NCBI GenBank assembly: GCA_963744995.1
Contig: CAVUWA010000002.1
Span: forward strand, 1,088,001 to 1,152,000
From: Candidatus Eiseniibacteriota bacterium
Lineage (GTDB): Bacteria > Eisenbacteria > RBG-16-71-46
Direction of reading: 5' to 3'
DNA length: 64,000 nucleotides
The position numbers and the translations under genes are program-made. Positions 10,395-21,017 of the stretch are shown one piece after another (positions within the stretch are counted from its first letter, which is position 1; each line of letters begins with the position of its first letter). Below the pieces are notes generated by a model that worked only from the letters and a program-made list of their open reading frames with translations, had not been told where the DNA came from and ran no database searches.

Positions 10395-11530
10395 AGGTCA
10401 TGATCGCCGGCGGCGGCACCGGGGGCCACGTCTACCCGGGCATCGCCGTCGCGGAAGAACTGCACGAGGCGCGCCGCGACGCGGAGATCGTGTTCGTCGG
10501 CAGCCGGCGCGGACTGGAGGCGCAGGCCGTGCCGGAGGCGGGATTCCGGATCCGCTACATCTGGAGCCGCGGCTTCCCGCGCCGCGCCTGGTGGCGCTGG
10601 CCGGTGGCGATCGTCGCCAATACGGTGGGATTCCTGCAGGCGCTGTGGCTGGTGCTGATCGAGCGCCCCGACGCGGTGCTCGGCGCGGGGGGCTACGTGA
10701 GCGCGCCGGTGTCGGTGGCCGGCTGGCTGCTGGGCAAGCCGGTGCTGATCCAGGAACAGAACAGCATTCCCGGGCTGGCCAACCGGATGCTGTCCATGAT
10801 CGCGAGCGAGGTGCATCTGTCGTTCGTGGAGGCGCGCTCGTGGTTCCGCCGCAAGGATCACCTGAAGGTCAGCGGCAACCCGGTGCGCAAGCACCTGCTG
10901 AACGGCGACCGCGCGACCGCGATCCAGGAATTCGGGCTCGTCGACGGCAAGCCGATCGTGTTCATCTTCGGCGGGAGTCTCGGCGCGCACCGCATCAACG
11001 AAGCCGCACTCGAGGCGATGCGCCGCCTGAAGGGCCGGGTCGAGGTGCAGTTCATCCTGCAGACCGGGCGCCAGGACTTCGAGAGCGTGAAGGCGACGGT
11101 CGAAAAGGAAGAACTGCCGGCGCGGGTGATGCCGTTCCTCCGGCGGATCCACATGGCCTATGCGGCGGCCGACCTGGTCGTGTGCCGCTCCGGCGCCATG
11201 ACGCTCGCCGAGATCGCCGCCTGCGGCACGCCGGCGATCCTGATTCCGTATCCGTACGCCGCGCACAACCATCAGGTCGTGAACGCCAGCAATCTCGTCG
11301 ACCGCGGTGCGGCAGCGATGATCCTCGACCGCGAGCTCTCCGGCGAGCGGCTCGGCAACGAGATCGCCCACTGGCTCAGCGACCGCCAGGGCCTGTCGCG
11401 CATGTCTGCGAACGCGCGCACGTTCAACCGGCCCGACGCGGCGCTCAAGATCGTGCGCAGCCTCGAGGCGTGGGCGGATCGCCGTGCGCCGGTGCAGATG
11501 GCGAAGGAGAACGGCGGGGGAGGGCGCTAG
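10391..11530 (+). CDS. murG: Lipid II GlcNAc transferase
   Basis: GGGTGGHVYPG, EQN, GNPVR, GGSLGA, HQVVNA. Confidence 0.97.
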   Translation: MKVMIAGGGTGGHVYPGIAVAEELHEARRDAEIVFVGSRRGLEAQAVPEAGFRIRYIWSRGFPRRAWWRWPVAIVANTVGFLQALWLVLIERPDAVLGAGGYVSAPVSVAGWLLGKPVLIQEQNSIPGLANRMLSMIASEVHLSFVEARSWFRRKDHLKVSGNPVRKHLLNGDRATAIQEFGLVDGKPIVFIFGGSLGAHRINEAALEAMRRLKGRVEVQFILQTGRQDFESVKATVEKEELPARVMPFLRRIHMAYAAADLVVCRSGAMTLAEIAACGTPAILIPYPYAAHNHQVVNASNLVDRGAAAMILDRELSGERLGNEIAHWLSDRQGLSRMSANARTFNRPDAALKIVRSLEAWADRRAPVQMAKENGGGGR

Positions 11531-11533
11531 ACC

Positions 11534-12928
11534 TTGTACGGACGGACCCACCGCATCCACCTGATCGGCATCGGCGGCTCCGGCATGTGCGGGATCGCCG
11601 AGGTGCTGCTCAACATGGGCTACGAGGTCTCGGGCAGCGACCTCAAGGCGAGCGAGACCACCGACCGGCTGGTCGGGCTCGGCGGCCGGATCTTCATCGG
11701 CCACGCCGCGAACAACGTCGAGGACGCGCAGGTCGTGGTCTATTCGACCGCCGTGAAACAGGACAACGCCGAGCTGCGCGCCGCCATCGAGGCCGGGATC
11801 CCGGCCATCGGCCGCGCCGACATGCTGGCCGAGCTCATGCGCATGAAGTACGGCATCGCCGTCGGCGGCTCGCACGGCAAGACCACGACGACGTCGCTGA
11901 TCGCCACGGTGCTCGCCCGCGGCGGGCTCGACCCGACGATCGTCGTCGGCGGGCGGCTGCACGCCATCGGCTCCAACGCGCGGCTCGGCCACGGCCGCTT
12001 CCTGGTTGCCGAGGCCGACGAGAGCGACGGCTCGTTCCTGCGCCTCGCGCCGGCGATGACCGTGATCACCAACATCGATCGCGAGCACCTGGATCACTAC
12101 GGCGATCTCTCCGAAGTGCGCCAGGCGTTCATCTACTTCGCCAACCGGGTGCCGTTCTACGGTGTGTCGGTGCTGTGCGTGGACGATCCGCTCACGCGCG
12201 ACATCCTGCCGGAGGTCACCAAGCGCACGCTCACCTACGGCTTCACCGAGGATGCCGACCTGTTCGCCACCGACGTGCGCGTGGACCCGCGCGGCTCGAC
12301 CTTCCGGGTCCACACGGCCGCCGGCGAGCTCGGCGAGGTGCGGCTGCAGCTGCACGGCCGTCACAACGTGCTGAACGCGCTGGCCGCGCTGGCGGTCGGG
12401 CGCGAGATCGAAATCGGCTTCGGCCACATGGCCGAGGCGCTCGAGGGCTTCGCCGGCGTCGGGCGCCGCTTCGAGCTCAAGGGCGAGGTGGCGGGCGTGG
12501 CCGTCATCGACGATTATGCTCACCATCCGACCGAGATTCGTGCGACCCTGTCGGCGGCGCGCGCCGCGGGCGGCCGGGTGCTGGTGATCTTCCAGCCGCA
12601 CCGCTACACGCGCACGGCGGCGCTGGCGCGCGAGTTCGGCGAGGCGTTCGGCGACGCCGACCGGGTCTGGGTGCTGGACGTCTACGCCGCCGGGGAGACG
12701 CCGCTGCCGGGCGTCACCGGACGCTCGGTGGTGGAGAGCGCGGAGGCCGCCGGGGCGCACCACGTGCGCTTCACGGCCGATCCGGCGGACGCGGTGCGCG
12801 GCGCGGTCGAAGCGGCGCGCCCGGGCGACCGGGTGATGGTGCTCGGCGCGGGCGACGTGTGGAAGCTCGCCGCCGAGGTACTGGAAGGATTGCGACGGCA
12901 GGACGCCGTCGCCGGAAAAGGGAGCTGA
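11534..12928 (+). CDS. murC: UDP-MurNAc-L-Ala ligase
   Basis: IGIGGSGM, GSHGKTTTT, EADESDGSF, DDYAHHPTE, FQPHRYTRT. Confidence 0.97.
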   Translation: MYGRTHRIHLIGIGGSGMCGIAEVLLNMGYEVSGSDLKASETTDRLVGLGGRIFIGHAANNVEDAQVVVYSTAVKQDNAELRAAIEAGIPAIGRADMLAELMRMKYGIAVGGSHGKTTTTSLIATVLARGGLDPTIVVGGRLHAIGSNARLGHGRFLVAEADESDGSFLRLAPAMTVITNIDREHLDHYGDLSEVRQAFIYFANRVPFYGVSVLCVDDPLTRDILPEVTKRTLTYGFTEDADLFATDVRVDPRGSTFRVHTAAGELGEVRLQLHGRHNVLNALAALAVGREIEIGFGHMAEALEGFAGVGRRFELKGEVAGVAVIDDYAHHPTEIRATLSAARAAGGRVLVIFQPHRYTRTAALAREFGEAFGDADRVWVLDVYAAGETPLPGVTGRSVVESAEAAGAHHVRFTADPADAVRGAVEAARPGDRVMVLGAGDVWKLAAEVLEGLRRQDAVAGKGS

Positions 12929-13749
12929 TGGGCATCTACCAGGGACGGGCCATGCGCCAGGAGGCGCCGCACCGCCGCAGAGGGCACCGCGTGCGGCGCG
13001 TGCTTCACGTGCTCGCCGCGCTCGCCGCCCTCGCCCTGCTCGCGCACGTGCCGTGGGGCGCCCTGCGCAAACGCTACGCGGTGCTCGCCGCGGTCGAGGT
13101 CCGCGGCCAGCGCTACCTGAGCGCGGAGGAGATCGCAGCGGTCGCCGGGCTCCGTCCCGGCGAGGACCTGTTCTCGATCGACCTCAGCCGCGCCCGCCAG
13201 AAGCTGCTGGTGCATCCGCGGATCGCCGCTGCGGAACTCCACCGCACCTGGCTGCGCCGCGTGCGCGTGGACGTGCGCGAGCGCCTGCCGGTCCTGCTGG
13301 TCCAGCACGGCGTGCCGTGGGAGATGGATTCCGCCGGCGTGCTGTTCCAGCCGCTCGAGGCCGGCGTCGTGGCCGACGTGCCGCTGCTGACCGGCGCCGC
13401 GCTCGAGAAGCTGCCCGCCGGGGCGCAGGTGCAGACGCCGGAGGTGAGTCGCGGGCTCGCGTGGGCGCAGGCTCTGTCGCGACCCGATCTCCAGCTCAGC
13501 GGGCGCGTGTCCGAGATCGACGTGTCCGCGCCGCGGCAGACCGCGCTCGTCCTGACCGGCGGCACGCGGGTGCTGTCATCGGCGTGGCCGCCGGACGTGC
13601 CGCGGCTGACCGCTCTGCGCGTGGTGCTCGCCGATCTCGAGAAGAACGGCGTGCGCGCCAGGGAAGTGGATCTGCGTTTCGACCAACAGGTGATCGTGCG
13701 GCCCGCCGACCCGCCCGCCGGGGCGGACGAAGCCGCGCGGAGGACATAG
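12928..13749 (+). CDS. ftsQ: Cell division protein FtsQ/DivIB
   Basis: Basic N-tail, TM, POTRA (VEVRG...HPRI...VRER) and C-terminal VDLRF; between murC and ftsA. Confidence 0.9.
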   Translation: MGIYQGRAMRQEAPHRRRGHRVRRVLHVLAALAALALLAHVPWGALRKRYAVLAAVEVRGQRYLSAEEIAAVAGLRPGEDLFSIDLSRARQKLLVHPRIAAAELHRTWLRRVRVDVRERLPVLLVQHGVPWEMDSAGVLFQPLEAGVVADVPLLTGAALEKLPAGAQVQTPEVSRGLAWAQALSRPDLQLSGRVSEIDVSAPRQTALVLTGGTRVLSSAWPPDVPRLTALRVVLADLEKNGVRAREVDLRFDQQVIVRPADPPAGADEAARRT

Positions 13750-13825
13750 ACGTGACCCCGTGCGCCGGCCGGACGAATCGGCGATCGGCGTTTGCGGGCA
13801 CCGTCACAGGGAGGTGAGCGGACTC

Positions 13826-15064
13826 ATGGGATCGGCGATCAGGCATCTTGTCGGGCTCGACATCGGCACGACCAAGATCTCGTGCATCATCGCGGACACC
13901 AACGGCGGCGCCGAGCCGCGCGTGGTCGGCATCGGCAATGCGCCCAGCGAGGGGCTGCGCCGCGGGGTCGTCGTCGACCTCGAGAAGACGGTCGGCAGCA
14001 TCACCCGCGCCGTCGAGGAGGCCGAGCGCATGGCCGGCGTTTCCGCGCGCGGCGTGTATGCCGGCATCGCCGGCGACCACATCCGCAGCATCAACAGTCG
14101 CGGGGTGATCGCGGTGTCGCGCAAGGACAACGAGATCGCGCAGCCCGACGTGGATCGGGTGGTCGAGGCGGCGAAGACCATCGCGATCCCGATGGACCGC
14201 GAGATCATCCACGTGATCCCGCAGGAATTCATCGTGGACGACCAGGACGGCATCAAGGACCCCGTCGGCATGAGCGGCGTGCGCCTCGAGGCCGAGGTGC
14301 ACATCATCACCGGCGCGGTGACGAGCGCGAAGAACATCTGCCGCTCGATCCAGCGCGCGGGACTCAAGGTCTACGATCTGGTGCTGGAGCCGCTGGCCTC
14401 GAGCCACGCCGTGCTCGGCCGCGACGAGCGTGATCTCGGCGTCGTCCTGCTCGACCTGGGCGGCGGCACGACCGACGTCGCCGTGTTCTTCGAGGGTGCG
14501 ATCCGTCATACGGCAATCATTCCGTTCGGCGGGGCCAACGTCACCAACGACCTCGCGATCGGGCTGCGCACGCCGATCGACAAGGCCGAGCAGATCAAGA
14601 TCCAGCACGGCTGCGCGCTGGCCTCGCTGGTCGCGCCCGACGCCGTCGTCGCGGTCTGCGGCGTGGGCGGGCGCGCCGACCGCGAGATCTCGCGCCACGT
14701 GCTCGCCTCGATGATCGAGCCGCGGCTCGAGGAGATCTTCGTCCTGGCCAACAAGGAGGTGAAGAAGAACCACTTCGCCGAGCTCCTGGGCGGCGGCGTG
14801 GTCCTCACCGGCGGGACCTCGCTGATGCCCGGAATCGTGGATCTCGCCGAGCAGGTGTTCGAGATGCCGGTCCGGCTCGGCGTCCCGGAAGGGCTGGGCG
14901 GCCTCTCGGCCAACGTCGCCGACCCGCGATTCGCGACGGGCGTGGGCCTGGTGCTGCACGCCGCGCAGAGCGAGGGGGAGGGACCGGTCCGCGAGAAGTC
15001 GCGCGGCTTCTCGGAGCGCCGGCCGGGATTCGATTTTCGTCGCTGGTTCAGCGATTTGTTCTAG
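13826..15064 (+). CDS. ftsA: Cell division protein FtsA
   Basis: GLDIGTTK, DLGGGTTD, VLTGG, C-terminal amphipathic FRRWFSDLF; GGAGGT SD upstream. Confidence 0.98.
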   Translation: MGSAIRHLVGLDIGTTKISCIIADTNGGAEPRVVGIGNAPSEGLRRGVVVDLEKTVGSITRAVEEAERMAGVSARGVYAGIAGDHIRSINSRGVIAVSRKDNEIAQPDVDRVVEAAKTIAIPMDREIIHVIPQEFIVDDQDGIKDPVGMSGVRLEAEVHIITGAVTSAKNICRSIQRAGLKVYDLVLEPLASSHAVLGRDERDLGVVLLDLGGGTTDVAVFFEGAIRHTAIIPFGGANVTNDLAIGLRTPIDKAEQIKIQHGCALASLVAPDAVVAVCGVGGRADREISRHVLASMIEPRLEEIFVLANKEVKKNHFAELLGGGVVLTGGTSLMPGIVDLAEQVFEMPVRLGVPEGLGGLSANVADPRFATGVGLVLHAAQSEGEGPVREKSRGFSERRPGFDFRRWFSDLF

Positions 15065-15177
15065 GTCATCCGGGCGTTTCGCCCTAGTATCCGCTCAACC
15101 GCCATCACGCCCACGGACGGGCGAGCGGCGCGGGGCCCCGCGTCGTTTCCCACCGGGCCGGCACAGGGAGTAGTGCC

Positions 15178-16320
15178 ATGTTCGAACTCGACGTCGAACC
15201 CACGAATTCCGCCAAGCTCAAAGTCATCGGCTGCGGGGGCGCCGGCGGCAACGCCGTCAACCGCATGATCGGTGCCGGACTTCGTGGCGTGGAATTCATC
15301 GTAGCCAACACGGACATCCAGGCGCTGAACCAGTCGCTGGCGCCGACCCGCGTGCAGATCGGGATGAACTCCACGCGCGGCCTGGGCGCGGGAGGCGACC
15401 CTTCGCAGGGCCGCCGCGCCGCCGAGGAGGACGAGCAGGCGATCGCCGACACGCTCACCGACAGCGACATGGTGTTCATCACCGCCGGCCTGGGCGGCGG
15501 CACCGGCACCGGCTCGGCGCCGGTGGTCGCGAAGATCGCCCGCCAGTCGGGCGCGCTCACGGTCGCGGTGGTGACCAAGCCGTTCGTGTTCGAGGGCCGG
15601 CGCCGCATGCGCCAGGCCGAAGAGGGGCTCGCCGAGCTGCGCGGCGAGGTCGACACCCTGATCGTGATTCCCAACGAGCGCCTGCTGGCCGTGGTGGACC
15701 GCGGCACGTCGCTCTCGGACGCATTCTCGGTCTGCGACGAGGTGCTGCTCAAGGCCACCAAGGGCATCTCCGACCTGGTCACCGTGCCGGGCCTCGTCAA
15801 CCTCGACTTCGCCGACGTCAAGGCGGTGATGTCGAACCGCGGCAACGCCCTGATGGGCACCGGCCGCGCCACCGGCGACAACCGCGCGGTCGACGCCGCA
15901 CAGGCCGCGGTCTCGAGCCCGCTGCTCGAGGACGTGTCGATCGCCGGCGCCGAGGGCGTGCTGGTCAACATCACCGGCGGCCGCGACCTCACGCTGCACG
16001 AAGTCAACGAGGCGGCCGGCATCGTGGTCGGCGCCGCCGGCGACGAGGCCAACGTGATCTTCGGTTCGGTCATCGACCCGAACCTCGACGGCGAGATGGT
16101 GATCACGGTCATCGCGACCGGTTTCGGCCAGGCCGAGCCGCGCCTGCGCCTGATCGACCGCGCGCCGGCCGAGGACGGCGCGGCGGCGGAGAAGGATCTG
16201 CGCCACCCGCAGGGCTGGCGCCAGCGTGAAGAGCAGCGCGGCAGCCGCTGGAGCCGCAGCAACGGCACCCGCGGCGATTCCATGGACGTGCCGACGTTCC
16301 TGCGCAAGCAGATGGACTAG
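15178..16320 (+). CDS. ftsZ: Cell division protein FtsZ
   Basis: GGAGGNAVN, GLGGGTGTG, NLDFADV, C-terminal DVPTFLRKQMD. Confidence 0.99.
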   Translation: MFELDVEPTNSAKLKVIGCGGAGGNAVNRMIGAGLRGVEFIVANTDIQALNQSLAPTRVQIGMNSTRGLGAGGDPSQGRRAAEEDEQAIADTLTDSDMVFITAGLGGGTGTGSAPVVAKIARQSGALTVAVVTKPFVFEGRRRMRQAEEGLAELRGEVDTLIVIPNERLLAVVDRGTSLSDAFSVCDEVLLKATKGISDLVTVPGLVNLDFADVKAVMSNRGNALMGTGRATGDNRAVDAAQAAVSSPLLEDVSIAGAEGVLVNITGGRDLTLHEVNEAAGIVVGAAGDEANVIFGSVIDPNLDGEMVITVIATGFGQAEPRLRLIDRAPAEDGAAAEKDLRHPQGWRQREEQRGSRWSRSNGTRGDSMDVPTFLRKQMD

Positions 16321-16517
16321 GGGATGACTGAAAGCGCTCGGCGCAACGCAGCGAGCGGCGTTCACAGAGTCGGTCTGGCGCCGTAGCGACGAGCGGCCGG
16401 AAGACGCCGGCACACCCGCGCAGGTGGGGGCCGCGTTCCCGGACGAAAACCGGACGCCCCGGGCGTGCGGCGGACCGGAGTCCGCCGCAGCGTCGGGCCG
16501 CGCCCGGGATCCGCGCC

Positions 16518-18377
16518 ATGGAGGGCGCCCTGGGCATCTTCTCGACGCTGTTCAAGTGGGGGCACAACCGCCACTACACGCGCGGCATGACGCACTTCAA
16601 CCGCGGCGAGTTCGAGGCGGCGGTGGCGTGTTTCGAAGCCGCGCTCAAGGACGTCCGCGTCGCGGACGATCCGGATCGCTCGCTCGCCGCGTGCTATGCG
16701 GCCGAGGCCCGTGCGCAGATGGGGCTCGCCTGCTTCCACGCCGGCGACGACGCGCGCGCCGAGGCGGCGTTCTCGCGCGTGCTCGCGGAGACTCCTGCGT
16801 TCCCGGATCTGCGCTATTACCGCGCACGCATCCGGCACCGCTCGGGCCGTCTCGAGGAGGCGATCGAGGACCTCGAGATCGCGCTCGAGCAGCACCCGCG
16901 CTTCATGGATGCGTGGCTGCTGCTCGCCGTGTGCCGGGGCCTTTCGCATCAGCCGGGGCTCGCCGGGCAGGCGCTCACCGAGGCGCTCGCGCTCGGCCTC
17001 CAGCTGCCCGACTGGGCCGGCGCGGCGCGGATCCGCGAGTGGGGACTCACCGAGTGGGAGAGCCTGCTCGGCGCCGCGCCCGGGCCGGTGTCGCGGGGCC
17101 CGGCACCGTTCGAACGCGCGCTCGAACGCTACGACGCGGGCGACCTCGAAGGCGCCGCAGCGCTGCTGGCCGAGGCGGTGCGCGAGCGTCCGGCCTACGC
17201 CGATCTGCGCTGCCGGCTCGCGGGCGTGCTGCTCGAAGCGGGACGCGTCGAGGAGGCGCTGCCCGAGCTCGACCAGGCGCTGAAACTCAACCCGCGCTAC
17301 CTCGAGGCGCGGCTGCTGGCCGCGCGCGCGCATCTCGAGCGCGATCAGGCGGCGCTGGCGATCGAGCACGTGCGTGCGGCGCTGCTGGCGCATCCCGGCT
17401 ATCCGGATCTGCATTTCTGGCACGGTCTCGCGCTGTTCCGTGCCGGGCGCCTCGCCGAGGCGGCCGCGGCGCTGGAGCGCGCGGTCGGCTACAACCGTCA
17501 GTTCGCGCGCGCCCATCGCCTGCTCGGGCTCGTCCATCATGCGCTCGGCCGCCCCGAGGAGGCACTGCGGGCGCTGCGCCGCGGGATGACGCGCGATCGC
17601 GAGGTGCCGGAGATCGCGCTGGTCTCGGCGCCGCTGCTGGCCGCGCTCGGCGATCCGGCCGCGGCCGAGAGCGAGCTCGAACGCGCCGTGGCACGCTGTC
17701 CCGACTACCCGGATCTGCACGTCGCGCTCGCGCGTTGCCGCCAGGCGCGCGGCGATCTCGCCGGGGCGCGCACCGCGCTCGAGGCGGCCCTGCGCCTCAA
17801 GCCGCACTACGTGCGCGCGCGCTACGAGCTGGCGCGACTCGAGCTCGCCGACGGCCGTCCGGACTCGGCCGAGCAGCTGCTCGAACCGGTGGTGGCGGCG
17901 ATGCGCGACTGGGCCGACGCGCAGGCGCTGCTCGGCCGCGCGCGGATGCTGAAGGGCGATGCGCCGGGCGCCGAGACGGCGCTGCGCGCGGCGCTGCTCC
18001 TCAACCCGTCGTTCGGCTCGGCGCGCGCCGACCTGGGCTGGGCGCTGCTCGCGCAGGGCCGCACCGCGGAGGCCGACGAGGCGTTCGCGCGCGCGCTCGA
18101 GATCGATCCGCTGCACGCGCTGCCGCGCCAGCAGCTGGCATGGCGGGCGCTGCTCGCGCACCGGGGCAGCGGAGGGTGGCGGGAGCGTCGTGCCGCTGTT
18201 CGGGGAGCGGCGGGGAGCCGGACGTGGGCAACTCGGGGCCGTTCGATCGGGCAGCGGGGGACGGGTAGGGAGACCGGACCCGCGTGCCCGGTCCAAATGG
18301 ACTTTCCTGTTGACGGGTCCACTCGCTGCCCGGTGCGGACATCCCGGCGGTGCTCGAGCCGGGCCTGGACGCGCTGA
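16518..18377 (+). CDS. Tetratricopeptide-repeat protein
   Basis: Many TPR units with recurring P-x-(Y/F)-P-D-L motif; the last ~60 aa look like non-conserved read-through. Confidence 0.85.
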   Translation: MEGALGIFSTLFKWGHNRHYTRGMTHFNRGEFEAAVACFEAALKDVRVADDPDRSLAACYAAEARAQMGLACFHAGDDARAEAAFSRVLAETPAFPDLRYYRARIRHRSGRLEEAIEDLEIALEQHPRFMDAWLLLAVCRGLSHQPGLAGQALTEALALGLQLPDWAGAARIREWGLTEWESLLGAAPGPVSRGPAPFERALERYDAGDLEGAAALLAEAVRERPAYADLRCRLAGVLLEAGRVEEALPELDQALKLNPRYLEARLLAARAHLERDQAALAIEHVRAALLAHPGYPDLHFWHGLALFRAGRLAEAAAALERAVGYNRQFARAHRLLGLVHHALGRPEEALRALRRGMTRDREVPEIALVSAPLLAALGDPAAAESELERAVARCPDYPDLHVALARCRQARGDLAGARTALEAALRLKPHYVRARYELARLELADGRPDSAEQLLEPVVAAMRDWADAQALLGRARMLKGDAPGAETALRAALLLNPSFGSARADLGWALLAQGRTAEADEAFARALEIDPLHALPRQQLAWRALLAHRGSGGWRERRAAVRGAAGSRTWATRGRSIGQRGTGRETGPACPVQMDFPVDGSTRCPVRTSRRCSSRAWTR

Positions 18378-18700
18378 TCGCGAAGCTCGAAGCGCGCAAG
18401 TTCGCGGCGACCGACAGGCCGCGGACACAGGACAGCAAGCCTGCTCGCGGCCGCCACCTTCCGGCGGCCGTGAAGCGCGGGGTCCATAAGCGCGATCCCG
18501 GTCGATGCACGTTCATCATCGTGAACGGCCGACGCGGCGACGCGCAATCACGGCTCGAATACGATCACGTGATCCCGGTGGCGAAAGGTGGCCCGTCGAC
18601 GGCCGCGAACCTGTGCCTGCTGTGCCGCGCCCGCAATCAGCTCGAAGCCGAACGCGCGCTCGGCGAATGTTTCATGCATGAGATCCGGGCACGCCTGCCG
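18320..18700 (+). pseudogene. Decayed HNH endonuclease C-terminal fragment
   Basis: LDALIAKLEARKFAATDRPR...RDPGRCTF...LEYDHVIPVAKGGPSTAANLCLLCRARNQLEAER; expected Cys and final His replaced; no N-terminal part or clear start. Confidence 0.7.
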
Positions 18701-18784
18701 GCCGGCGGACCCGGTCGCGCCCGCGGCACGCGAACCGCTAAGCTGCGCGCCGGCAGACGCCGCGACCGGCGCGACGCCGCCACC

Positions 18785-20894
18785 ATGCCCATGACCTCGA
18801 AGCCGCCATCGAAAAGCACCGGGCGCCCGTCGCTCGACCCGACCTCCCGCCTCCAGTTCCTGCCGGGGGTGGGGCCGAAGCGCGCACTCCTGTTCGAGAA
18901 GCTCGAGCTCACCAGGGTCGAGCACCTGCTGCGCCACTACCCGCGCACCTACCTCGACGCGCGGCGCTTCGTCACGATCCGCGACCTCGAGCCGGGCGCG
19001 CTGATGACCGTGTCGGGGACCGTGAAGCATGCGGCCGCGCTGCGCACGCGCGGCGGGCGCACGGACTTCTCGATGACGCTCACCGACGGGACCGGGACGC
19101 TCGGGAGCGTACTTCTTCGGGCAGCCGTTTCTGGCCCGCACTCTCAGGCCCGGCACCGAGGTCGTGCTGAGCGGCGAGATCGACCCGCTCGAGCGTCGCA
19201 TGCTGAATCCCATGTTCGAAGTGCTGGAAGGCGAGGTGCAGGACCTGCTGCACGTCGGCCGGCTCGTGCCGGTGCATTCGCTCACGCGCGGGCTCACCGC
19301 GCGCGCGATGCGCGAGGCGGTGCGGCAGGCGCTGGTCGTGGCGGACGCTGTCGACGATCCCGTTCCGGCCGGGACCGCCGCGCGGCTCGGTCTCGCGCCG
19401 CTCGGCGAGGCGCTGCGCCAGATCCATTTTCCGGACGACGATGCGGCGCTCGCGGCGGCCAGGCGCCGGCTCGCCTTCGAAGAGCTGTTTCTGCTGCAAG
19501 CCGTGCTCGAGCTCCGGCGCCGGGTGCTCGCCGAGCACGGGCGCGGGCTGGTCACGGCGGGGAAGGGCGAGCTGGCCGCGAGGATTCGCAGGGCGCTGCC
19601 GTTCGAGCTCACCGAAGATCAGGCAGCGGCGCTCGAGGAAATCGTCGCCGACATGCGCGCCGGGCGGCCGATGCACCGCCTGCTGCTCGGCGACGTCGGC
19701 AGCGGCAAGACGGTGGTGGCGCTGCTCGCGGCCGCGCATGCGATCGAGCAGGGCCTGCAGGTCGCCTTCATGGCGCCCACCGAGATTCTCGCGCGCCAGC
19801 ACGCGGCGACACTCGAGCGCTTCGCCGCCGCGGCCGGCGTGCCCGTGGCGCTGCTCACCGGCGCGACCCCCGTCGCCGAGCGTCGTGGGTTGGCGGAACG
19901 CCTCGAGGCCGGCGAGCCGCTGCTCGCCGTCGGCACCCACGCACTCCTCGAAGAGAAGGTCAGAATGCCGGCGCTCGGGCTCGCGATCGTCGACGAGCAG
20001 CACCGCTTCGGCGTCAGGCAGCGCGCCTCGCTCGCGAAGAAAGGAGTGATCCCGGACGTGCTGGTGCTCACTGCGACGCCGATTCCGCGCACGCTCCAGC
20101 TCGCCTTCTTCGGCGATCTCGACTCGAGCCGGCTGCACGCACGTCCCGAGGGCCGCGGGCGCCTGGTCACGCGGGTGGCGGGCGAGGAGAAGTTTCACCG
20201 GATCGTGGAGTTCATGGCGAAGGAACTCGCCGAAGGCCGCCAGGCGTTCGTGGTGCTGCCGGTGATCGAGGAGGGCCGCGCCGAGATGCGCGCCGCGGAA
20301 TCGGAGTACCGCCGTCTGTCGGAGCACCCGCGGCTGTCGGGTTTCGAGATCGGGCTGCTGCACGGGCGCATGAAGGCGGCCGAAAAGCAGGCGGCGATGG
20401 AGGCGTTCGCCGCCGGAGAGACGCAGGTGCTGGTGACGACGACGGTGATCGAGGTCGGCGTGGACGTGCCCAACGCGACGCTGATGGTGGTCGAGAGCGC
20501 CGAGCGCTTCGGCCTGACCCAGCTGCATCAGCTGCGCGGGCGCGTCGGCCGCGGCGCGCACCGCTCGGTCTGCGTGCTCGTGCCCGGTGCGGGCGCGAAC
20601 GCGCAGAGCCTCGAGCGCCTGAACGTGCTCGCCCGCACCGCGGACGGGTTCGAGATCGCCGAGGAAGACCTGCGGCTGCGCGGCGCCGGGGAGTTGTGGG
20701 GGGTGCGGCAGAGCGGGCTGCCGCGGCTCAAGCTCGCCGACCTGCGCGACGAGTCGCTGCTCATCGAGGCGCGCGCCGCGGCGCGGGCGGTGGTGACGGA
20801 GGATCCGTATCTCACCCATCCCGCGCACGCCGCGCTCAGGGCCACGCTGCTCGCGGGCTTCCGCGATCCACTGGATCTCGCGCTCGCCGGCTGA
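18785..20894 (+). pseudogene. recG: ATP-dependent DNA helicase RecG, one-base frameshift near 19103-19109 (real or sequencing error)
   Basis: N-term LPGVGPKRA...LLRHYPRTY in one frame; YFFGQPFL onward with GDVGSGKT, DEQH, TATPIPRT, QLRGRVGRG in the next frame. Confidence 0.9.
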
Positions 20895-21017
20895 GGCGCG
20901 CCCGCGGGCCGCGCCGGCACGGGTCGCGACCGCCGGAGCGGCGATGCGCCCCATGCGAAGCGGCCGGCTCCCGGGTGGGAACCGGCCGCATGGACCCCGG
21001 AGATCGCCGGGACGCCG

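Noticed and set aside
16321..16517. Hairpin-rich spacer after ftsZ as an ncRNA
   Set aside because: GC-rich stems arise easily by chance; no recognisable family motif
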